Positions 57,151-64,000 of a DNA stretch of 64,000 bases are shown here, piece after piece; position 1 is the first letter of the stretch, and each line of letters begins with the position of its first letter. A program made the translations under genes and the position numbers. The notes under the pieces were generated by a model. The model was not told the origin of the DNA. It worked only from the letters and a program-made list of their open reading frames with translations, and made no database searches. The stretch spans positions 256,156 through 320,155 of the forward strand of contig DATJWA010000027.1 in assembly GCA_035501555.1 (NCBI GenBank). The letters run 5' to 3'. Source of the DNA: Thermoplasmata archaeon. GTDB lineage: Archaea; Thermoplasmatota; Thermoplasmata; Lutacidiplasmatales; UBA184.

Positions 57151-59073
57151 GCCGCGACCCGCCGCCTTGCCGCCATCATGTTCACCGACACAGTCGGCTA
57201 CACCGCCTCCGCGCAGGCGGACGAGGGCCGAACGCTCGACCTGCTCCGACAGCAGGCGGAGCTGGTTCGTCCGCTCCTGGTGGTCCACCAGGGCCGAGAG
57301 ATCAAGACAACCGGGGACGGTTTCCTGGTCGAGTTCGACAGCGCACTCAAGGCTACCCAGTGTGCGGTGAGCATTCAGCGACGAATCTACGAGCGAAACT
57401 CCGAAGGCGGCCTCGCCCCGATCCAGATCCGGATCGGCATCCACTTGGGAGATGTCGTGCAGAGTGGCGCGGACATCCTCGGAGACGCGGTGAACATCGC
57501 GGCTCGGATCGAACCGATTGCCGAGCCCGGGGGCATCTGCCTGTCGGGCGCCGTTTACGAGCAAGTCCGGAACAAGGTACTCGAGAAGTTCGAGAAGCTC
57601 CCACCTGCCGCGCTCAAGGGGGTGGAGGCGCAGATCGACCTTTACCGAGTGGCGCTGCCGTGGAACGCTCTTCCGTCCTCAGCACACGACCTGGTTCCCG
57701 CGGGGATTGCCGTCCTCCCATTCTCCAACATCAGTCCGGATCCGAACGACGCCTACTTCGCAGACGGGCTGACCGAGGAATTAATCTCCGTGCTCTCTCA
57801 GTTTCGAGAGCTTCGGGTGATTGCGCGGACCTCGGTGACGCCCTACAAATCCACCTCAAAGGGGGTCAGTCAAATCGGGGCTGAGCTGGGCGTTTCCTCG
57901 ATCCTGGAAGGGAGTGTGCGAAAGGCGGGGAATCAGCTTCGGATTACTGCACAGCTGATCGATGTGCCTTCCCAGGGACACGTCTGGGCCAACTCCTACA
58001 ACCGAGAGCTCGATGATGTTTTCGTGGTCCAAGCCGAGCTCGCGAAGCAAGTCGCGGAGGCGCTGAAGATCGAACTCCAAGCCACCGAGAGGGCGAAACT
58101 CGAAGCGCGGCCGGCGGTGAGGCAGGACTCGTATCTCGCCTATCTGAAAGGACGCACGCTCCTGCACCGGTGGTCGCCGGAGACACTCAAGGCGGCGAAA
58201 GAGCAGTTCGAGCTTGCGATATCTCTGGATGGCCGAAATGCGTCGGCTTATTCAGGACTATCCGAGGTAATTCTACTGGACGGACTTTGGTTTTCTAGCA
58301 GTCCCCGAGTGGAGTGGAACGACTCAAGCCGGAAACTCGCCACTCGGGCGTTAGAAATCGACCCGAATCTCGCGGAAGCCCACTGCTCGCTCACCTTGGT
58401 TTTGTGGGACGAGTACCAATATGTGGAGTCCGAAACAGAGTTCAATCGAGCAACAGCTCTCAACCCCAGCCTCGCCGTAGCACACCGACACTACGGCCTC
58501 TTCCTGGCGGAGGAAGCTCGACCCGACGAGGCCCTACGCGAATTCGAGCTGGCCGAGGCCTTGGACCCGCTGTCAATAATCGTCCTCGCCAATCATGGCA
58601 TGTTGCTCATTCGTCTCCGGCAGCTGGACAAAGCGAGAGTCGCGATTGAGAAGCTGGGCCGGTTGGACGAATCCACCAGAGCATACCACGCCCTCCTGGG
58701 TGACTACTTCTGGGCGAAGGGCGATCACGCAGCGCAAATCGAACAACTTGACCTTACAATCAGAAGTTCGCCACAAGACCCACTGAATCCGATGTTTCGC
58801 GCGGCGGTCTATGCCTCGGCGGGCCGAGCGGACCAAGCACGGGAGTTGCTTCCCTTAGTAGAAGCGATGCCAGAAACCGCTCTCAAGTTCGCTACTCTTA
58901 TGGAAATCCACGCGGACCTGAACGACCTAGATGAATGCTTTAGGGTCATCGAGAAGGCAGTCGACGCTCACAAGTTCGGTGCGATCATATTGTTCCGGCT
59001 GGACCCCAGCTACGAGCAGGTGCGTCAGGACCCAAGGTTCAAGAGGATTCTTCAGAGGATGCACCTCGCCTGA
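57148..59073 (+). CDS. Class III cyclase (CHD) – TolB-N-like – TPR protein (paralog G, subtype 2).
   Basis: GTG start. Cyclase motifs. IAVLPFSNISPDPNDAYFADGLTEE segment. TPR repeats. Confidence 0.9.
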   Translation: MAATRRLAAIMFTDTVGYTASAQADEGRTLDLLRQQAELVRPLLVVHQGREIKTTGDGFLVEFDSALKATQCAVSIQRRIYERNSEGGLAPIQIRIGIHLGDVVQSGADILGDAVNIAARIEPIAEPGGICLSGAVYEQVRNKVLEKFEKLPPAALKGVEAQIDLYRVALPWNALPSSAHDLVPAGIAVLPFSNISPDPNDAYFADGLTEELISVLSQFRELRVIARTSVTPYKSTSKGVSQIGAELGVSSILEGSVRKAGNQLRITAQLIDVPSQGHVWANSYNRELDDVFVVQAELAKQVAEALKIELQATERAKLEARPAVRQDSYLAYLKGRTLLHRWSPETLKAAKEQFELAISLDGRNASAYSGLSEVILLDGLWFSSSPRVEWNDSSRKLATRALEIDPNLAEAHCSLTLVLWDEYQYVESETEFNRATALNPSLAVAHRHYGLFLAEEARPDEALREFELAEALDPLSIIVLANHGMLLIRLRQLDKARVAIEKLGRLDESTRAYHALLGDYFWAKGDHAAQIEQLDLTIRSSPQDPLNPMFRAAVYASAGRADQARELLPLVEAMPETALKFATLMEIHADLNDLDECFRVIEKAVDAHKFGAIILFRLDPSYEQVRQDPRFKRILQRMHLA

Positions 59074-59202
59074 CCCGCCACACTCCGCGCCTTGCCACCA
59101 GTACACAACCCACCCGTTTCCGGAGGGGCAGATGGCGGGTTCAAATCCCTTACACCCGTAGGGTCAAGTGTTGGCGTTTCTCGGCGAGAAATTGCCAAAG
59201 GA

Positions 59203-59304
59203 TGTCGGAGGGGGGATTTGAACCCCCGACCCCAGGATCTCTCCCGGGACGCCCGCGGCGGCCCGCTATGAGTCCCGTGCTCTACCAGGCTGAGCCACTC
59301 CGAC
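59203..59304 (-). tRNA. tRNA with CAU anticodon (elongator Met or Ile2). It contains a ~16-nt intron in the anticodon loop and an unusually long region before the T-arm, possibly a second intron.
   Basis: Minus-strand read: GTCGGAG-TG-GCTCAGCCTGGTAGAGC-A-CGGGA-CTCATA[GCGGGCCGCCGCGGGC]G-TCCCG-…-GGGGGTTCAAATCCCCC-CTCCGAC-A. Canonical acceptor, D-arm and T-arm are present. No CCA is encoded. Confidence 0.6.
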
Positions 59305-59330
59305 AGGGATCGGAGGCACCACGGCCGCAC

Positions 59331-60059
59331 CTACGCGCCCGCGTCCTCGTCGCCGCCCGCGGTCGCCGCGACCGGAGGCGGGCCCGACGGACCTTCCGGG
59401 GCCGGGCTCTCGGTCGGGGGCGGGCTGGTGGGGATTTCCTCCGCGATCGCCCCGAGGACCTCGGAGCGGCGGATCTCGATCTTCTTCAGCGGGTACAGGG
59501 TGCGGACCCCGTGAGCCAGGATCTTCGACAGTTCCCCCTGGATCATCTCGCGGACGAACTCGGGGGCGGTCCGCTGGGCCGCCTCCTCCCGGAGGATGTC
59601 GACCATCTTGTGCCGCAGTTCCGCGCGCAGCCGCGTCTGGAGGCGTTGCTCGCCGACCGCGACCGGCTTGAGCACGATCTCGATCCCGTCCTTCGTCGTC
59701 ACGTGGAGCGAGGTGTCGATCTTGGAGCGCTTGCGACGGGCGAGGCGTCGGACGTAATCGGAGGTAAGGTCGTGGCCGATGAACCGGGTCTCGGCGACCC
59801 CGTCCCCGCCCACGCGCTCCACGCGGAACCGCATCTTGATGTGGGCCTTGCCGGCGTCTTGGCCCCCCGAGAGCTCGGGGACCGTCATCTCGAGCGTCCG
59901 GCCGATCAACTGCTCGGGTTCGGTCGCCACGGTCTCCCCGAGGTCGGCGTGCTGGAAGAGGCCCGGCGCACGGACCTTGTAAAAGTGCTTGGCCCTCCAC
60001 TTGTCCTTGACGGTCCGGGCGACCGTGGTCTTCTTCCCGGACGTCTCCTTCTCGGCCAT
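59331..60059 (-). CDS. rps3ae: 30S ribosomal protein S3Ae (S1e family).
   Basis: Internal ATG (MAEKETSGKKTTVARTVKDKWRAKHFYKVRAP…). The upstream TTG-initiated part of the ORF is spurious. Confidence 0.85.
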   Translation of the reverse strand: MAEKETSGKKTTVARTVKDKWRAKHFYKVRAPGLFQHADLGETVATEPEQLIGRTLEMTVPELSGGQDAGKAHIKMRFRVERVGGDGVAETRFIGHDLTSDYVRRLARRKRSKIDTSLHVTTKDGIEIVLKPVAVGEQRLQTRLRAELRHKMVDILREEAAQRTAPEFVREMIQGELSKILAHGVRTLYPLKKIEIRRSEVLGAIAEEIPTSPPPTESPAPEGPSGPPPVAATAGGDEDAGA

Positions 60060-60190
60060 GGGTCGCGGGGCCGCCGAGCGGGGTACCCTACTTAACCGTG
60101 TCGAGGCGGCGGAGGTCGATTCCCTGACGGAGGCTCCCGCGGAGCGCTCCCGTTGGCAAAGTACATAACCCGAGCCCAACTCCGCGCGCC

Positions 60191-61720
60191 GTGGCGGCGG
60201 CCAAGGAACCGGCGAAGGGTGCGCGGTCGACCGCGGCCGAGCTCCGCACCCTCCATCCGGCGGCCGAGTCCCCCGGGGAGCGCTTCCGGGGCGAGGTCCT
60301 CCGCCGGCTCGACGCGGCCCGAACCCGAGGTCTTTCCCGGGACGAGGCGATCCGGTCCCTCTTCCCGCACACGGTCCTCCCGTCCCAGACCTACGAGGAC
60401 GTGGTCGCGGCGGTCGTCTCGGGCGCGCACGTCCTCTTCTTCGGCCCGTCCGGCGCGGGCAAGACGAGCCTCGCCAAGGACCTCTGGGGCCTCTTCCCGA
60501 AGGGAGCCTGGGTGGTCGACGGCTGCCCGGTCCTGGACGACCCTCTCTCGATCATCGACCCGGCATCGGCCGACCGGTTCCCCCCGTGCCCGATCTGCAC
60601 CCGTCGCTTCGCTCCGGGCGGGGACCCGGTCCGCTTCGAACCCGCGGCCGTGGACGGCACCAAGGTCCCGGCCCAGTACGTGCACCTGCACGAAGGGTTC
60701 GGGTTCGCCCGGCTCCAGGGGAGCTCGGAGGTCTTTCCCGACCATCTGACCGGCAACATCAACCTCCGAAAGCTCGAGGAGGTCGGGGACCCGATGAGCC
60801 CCCTGGTCCTCGAACCGGGCAAGCTCCTCCAGGCGAACCGGGGGTTCCTCCTCGTCGATGAGATTGGGAAGCTGCCGCTCGGCACCCAGAACGTGCTCCT
60901 CCAGGCCCTCCAGGAGGGGGTGGTCACCCCCTCGAAGTCCCGGGAGAGCTTCCCCGGCTCGTTCGTCGCGGTCGGGACCTCGAACCTCTCCGACCTCGAC
61001 AACATCAACGACCCGCTCTCCGACCGCCTCACCAGCCTGTACGTCGGGTACAACGAACGGCACGCCGACAACCGACGGATCGTCGCGCTGGCGCGGGTGG
61101 AGGAAGGGGGCGGGTGGGTCCCCGAGATCCTCACGGACGCCGGCGTGCGGGTCATCGAGGCGTGGCGGCTGAGGACGAGCGACGACAACCCGGACATCGG
61201 GGAGGTCGGCTCGAACCGCACCCTGCTCGACGTCGCCAGCCGGACCCACGCGATCGCCACGCTCGCCGAGCGGACGATCCCCGTCTCGGCCGACCTCAAG
61301 GCGGGCCTGTTGCATGCGATGCGGGGCCGACTGCGCGCCCGCAGCGGAGAGTCGTTCCGCCAGAACGAGAAGCGGGTCGGCGAGTTCATCGAGCAGTACC
61401 TGGGCCCCTCGCTGAAGCGGAGTGCGGGCGTCTACTGGTGCCGCTACTACCGGGACTCACTGAAGGAGAGCGCCACCGAGGCCGAGGCGCTGGTCGGGGA
61501 GGGTCGTCGCCTGAAGGACGACGCGGCCCTGCTCACGCAGTCGGCGGGCGACCCCACCCTCTTCCCCCGCTTCCGCTCCTTCGCCCGATTCGTGGGCGAG
61601 CGCGAGCACCCCGGGGACGGGGTCGCCCCGTTCGACGCGGCGCTGGGCGTCTTCCGCCTCCTGGAGGAGCACTCCCTCTTCTCGTGCCGCGACGAGGACG
61701 ACGACGACGCCCCCGTCTAG
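60191..61720 (+). CDS. MoxR/ChlI-like AAA+ ATPase.
   Basis: Walker A FFGPSGAGKTSL, Walker B GFLLVDEIGKLP, sensor region QNVLLQALQEGVVT. Confidence 0.8.
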   Translation: MAAAKEPAKGARSTAAELRTLHPAAESPGERFRGEVLRRLDAARTRGLSRDEAIRSLFPHTVLPSQTYEDVVAAVVSGAHVLFFGPSGAGKTSLAKDLWGLFPKGAWVVDGCPVLDDPLSIIDPASADRFPPCPICTRRFAPGGDPVRFEPAAVDGTKVPAQYVHLHEGFGFARLQGSSEVFPDHLTGNINLRKLEEVGDPMSPLVLEPGKLLQANRGFLLVDEIGKLPLGTQNVLLQALQEGVVTPSKSRESFPGSFVAVGTSNLSDLDNINDPLSDRLTSLYVGYNERHADNRRIVALARVEEGGGWVPEILTDAGVRVIEAWRLRTSDDNPDIGEVGSNRTLLDVASRTHAIATLAERTIPVSADLKAGLLHAMRGRLRARSGESFRQNEKRVGEFIEQYLGPSLKRSAGVYWCRYYRDSLKESATEAEALVGEGRRLKDDAALLTQSAGDPTLFPRFRSFARFVGEREHPGDGVAPFDAALGVFRLLEEHSLFSCRDEDDDDAPV

Positions 61721-61727
61721 CGACGCC

Positions 61728-63521
61728 GTGCGCCTTCCGGATTGCTCGACGTACGACGACGACGTCGGCTCGGACGACCTGGTGGACGCCCTCGACGCGG
61801 GCGCGCTCGTCCGGGCGCTCGCTGAGGAAGGGGTCGACGGGGCCCGGCGCCTCCTCCAGTCGAAGGCCGCGGAGGATGCCGAGCTGCGGGCCCGCCTGGA
61901 CCGGCTCCGTGCCCAGCTGCGCCGGCAGGACCAGCGCCGGGTGGGCCGGGTCAGGGCCGAGTACGACCGGCAGGTCGAGGCGCTCGACGAGGTCCGAATG
62001 CGGTCCGACGTGGAGGTGCAGCAGCGTCTCGCCGCGCTCGAAGCCCGACTCGCGGCCGCGCGCCAGGTCGACTGGTCCCGGTTGCCACCCTCCGACCTCC
62101 TGAGCGACGTTTCCGCGGCGCTCCTACTTCCGGACGCCTCGTGGAACCAGCCCCCGCCGCGGCCGGGGCTCGGGGCGCGCATCCGTGCGTTCTTTGCACG
62201 GATCGCGGCCTGGTTCCGCTCCCTCTTCTCCCGGAAGCGCGGCTCCGGAAAGGCCGCCCCTCCCGAGGGACGAACGGTCGCATTCGCCTACGCGAGCCCC
62301 GACGGTCGGGGCCTCGGGGCCTCGGAGCTCGGGGAGGCGCTCGCCCGGCTGTCGCCCGCCCAGCAGCAGGAGCTCTCAGGCAGCGTCGCGAACTCTCTCA
62401 AGGCCAAGGAGCGGGCCCTCGAGCGGGAGGCCGAGGAGAAGCGGAAGGCGGTCGAGGCCCAGCGGCGACGGCTCGAGGAGGAACGGGCCGAGGCGGCCCG
62501 CCGGGCCGCGGCCGAGACCGAGAACCGGGTGAAGGAGGGGGAGGCGCGCCGCCTCGAGCGGGAGCTCAAGGAGCGCGGGTTCGTGGCGGAGCGGGGCGAG
62601 AGCCTGGTCGTGACGTTCGGCCTCGTCCAGCGGTTCGCCCGCCTCCTGCTCGAGGAGGAGACGAAGCGCCTGCCGACCGACGTGCGGCTCTCGCTCAAGG
62701 GCGAGGGAGCGACCGGGGTCTACGAGAAGGCCCGGCTGCGCCGGGCCGAGGAGATCGCACACCTCGACGTGCCCGGCTCGCTCCTGGCCGCGCGAATGGC
62801 CGGCCAGCGCCACATCGAGGAGTCCACCAGCTACGTCTACCGGGAGGTGACGAGCGAGCGCGTCCACGTGGTGCTCGCCTTCGACCGCTCGGGCAGCATG
62901 GCCGAGGCCGGCAAGCTCGACGCGGCGAAGAAGGCCCTCCTCGCGCTCTACGTGGCGATCCGGCGCCGGTACCCGGACGCCACGATCGACCTCCTCGCGT
63001 TCGACAACGAGGTCGAGGTGCTCGACCTGGTGACGCTCTGGGAGTGCCGGGCGGGGTCGTTCACGAACACCGCGGAGGCGCTCCGGGCGGCCCACCTGCT
63101 CCTCCAAACCTCCCGGGCGAACCGGCGCGAGCTCTACCTCATCACGGATGGGTTGCCGGAGGCGTACACGGGGGAGGACGGACGGGTCCATTCTGGCCAA
63201 CTGGACCGGGCGATGGAGCAGGCGCTCGTCCGGGCGACCGAGGTCGCGACCGTGCGGCCCCTGCGCAGCACGATGATCCTCCTCAAGTCCCCGAACCCCG
63301 AGTACGAGCCGGCGGCCCGCCTCATCGCACGGACGATGGGCGGCGAGCTCGTCGTGACCGACCCGGGCCGCCTCGGGGTCGAGCTGCTGGTCCGGTGGGC
63401 CCACGGGGTCGAGACCGAACGGCGCCTGATGCCTCCGGCCCCGGCGGTCGTCGCGACCCCCCCGGGCTCCCCGGGAGGGCGGGGCCGCCGGCGGCGGGCC
63501 GACCGTCGGATGGGCGGCTGA
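61728..63521 (+). CDS. von Willebrand factor A (VWA) domain protein with N-terminal coiled-coil, partner of the MoxR ATPase.
   Basis: MIDAS motif VLAFDRSGSM. Long Glu/Arg/Ala coiled-coil. GTG start 7 nt after the ATPase stop. Confidence 0.75.
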   Translation: MRLPDCSTYDDDVGSDDLVDALDAGALVRALAEEGVDGARRLLQSKAAEDAELRARLDRLRAQLRRQDQRRVGRVRAEYDRQVEALDEVRMRSDVEVQQRLAALEARLAAARQVDWSRLPPSDLLSDVSAALLLPDASWNQPPPRPGLGARIRAFFARIAAWFRSLFSRKRGSGKAAPPEGRTVAFAYASPDGRGLGASELGEALARLSPAQQQELSGSVANSLKAKERALEREAEEKRKAVEAQRRRLEEERAEAARRAAAETENRVKEGEARRLERELKERGFVAERGESLVVTFGLVQRFARLLLEEETKRLPTDVRLSLKGEGATGVYEKARLRRAEEIAHLDVPGSLLAARMAGQRHIEESTSYVYREVTSERVHVVLAFDRSGSMAEAGKLDAAKKALLALYVAIRRRYPDATIDLLAFDNEVEVLDLVTLWECRAGSFTNTAEALRAAHLLLQTSRANRRELYLITDGLPEAYTGEDGRVHSGQLDRAMEQALVRATEVATVRPLRSTMILLKSPNPEYEPAARLIARTMGGELVVTDPGRLGVELLVRWAHGVETERRLMPPAPAVVATPPGSPGGRGRRRRADRRMGG

Positions 63522-63586
63522 CCCCCGTTGCCGCTGGCGCCGAAGGTTTATCTTGCGAACCCGCGGTCGTTCGCCCGGTGGACACC

Positions 63587-63994
63587 ATGAGCGACGGTTC
63601 AGACCAGGCCCGGTTCCGCGAACACCTGGCCCAGATGCGCCAGGCGGCCCGCGGTCTCGGCGGGGATTTCGTTTCGGAGTTCAGCGACCTCGACACGAAG
63701 ATCGAGCGGTTCGGCCACGCGACGGCCCGGGACGCGCGGGAGCTCGGCTCGGAGATCGAGGACGGGATCTCCCACCTCGGTAAGCAGATCGACGACCAGA
63801 TGCGGCGCCTTCCCGGACGGATCGCCGACGGGGCCTCCCGCGCGGGCGGGGCGACCCGGGACGCCTTCGTCGCGGTCGGTCACAAGACGAAGGAAGGAAC
63901 GAAGAACGCGCTCGCCTCGGCCGCGGGGGTCAACCGCAAGCCGATCAAGACCTGGAGCCCCCCCGAGGGGCCGGACGAGAACCGACCCTCGTAG
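63587..63994 (+). CDS. Small hypothetical protein (helical, DUF883/LEA-like composition).
   Basis: The last 135 aa of the long junk ORF 62141..63994 start at ATG 63587 (MSDGSDQARFREHLAQMRQAARGL…). TTTATCT ~34 nt upstream. Confidence 0.5.
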   Translation: MSDGSDQARFREHLAQMRQAARGLGGDFVSEFSDLDTKIERFGHATARDARELGSEIEDGISHLGKQIDDQMRRLPGRIADGASRAGGATRDAFVAVGHKTKEGTKNALASAAGVNRKPIKTWSPPEGPDENRPS

Positions 63995-64000
63995 GAGGGG

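Noticed and set aside
33203-59304. Interpretation of the hairpin repeats as exact att sites of serially integrated mobile elements, or as a CRISPR array.
   Set aside because: No integrase, recombinase or transposase gene lies anywhere in the array. The copies are diverged rather than exact duplicates of the tRNA 3' end, and they are irregularly spaced from 2 to 6 kb. There are no regular repeat-spacer units and no cas genes, so it is not a CRISPR array. It is kept only as a weaker alternative within the repeat finding.
62141-63586. N-terminal 480 aa of the 617-aa ORF ending at 63994.
   Set aside because: Antisense or out-of-frame junk overlapping the VWA gene. Only the final 135 aa, from ATG 63587, look like a real protein.

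Overview
High-GC (~67%) archaeal chromosomal segment. Archaeal assignment rests on fibrillarin, ribosomal protein S3Ae, archaeal type-II GAPDH, an intron-containing tRNA, and TATA-like boxes ~25 nt upstream of leaderless GTG/ATG starts. Many of the long Arg/Pro/Gly-rich antisense ORFs in the supplied track are GC artefacts and were not called.

The first ~33 kb is ordinary housekeeping and accessory genes: a partial PKD-domain surface protein, flpA, RidA, DUF885 peptidase, the cysH-sat-cysC sulfate assimilation operon, dodecin, two ABC transporter modules, a PQQ beta-propeller, MFS exporter, gap, alpha-glucan phosphorylase, several SRPBCC/VOC/GNAT small proteins, and HxlR, ArsR and wHTH regulators.

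From ~33.3 kb to 59.1 kb there is a striking tandem array of eight paralogous signalling genes. They are built from interchangeable modules: a class III adenylate/guanylate cyclase catalytic domain (CHD), a STAND/AAA ATPase, a TolB-N-like segment and TPR repeats. One member is an alpha/beta-hydrolase-CHD fusion on the opposite strand, resembling Mycobacterium tuberculosis LipJ (Rv1900c) and Rv0386. A ninth STAND/TPR member lies ~18 kb upstream.

Six of the paralogs carry an almost identical promoter block, GGGGCTTAATCTAAC, 18-19 nt before their start codon. The intergenic spacers carry an 11-copy family of ~40-nt hairpin repeats whose arms match the 3' end of the tRNA(CAU) gene that terminates the array. 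The array shows mosaic gene structure, domain loss and interspersed redox and regulator cassettes, consistent with a rapidly diversifying cyclic-nucleotide sensor island next to a tRNA gene.

Downstream of the tRNA are rps3ae, a MoxR-like AAA+/VWA pair and a small hypothetical gene.
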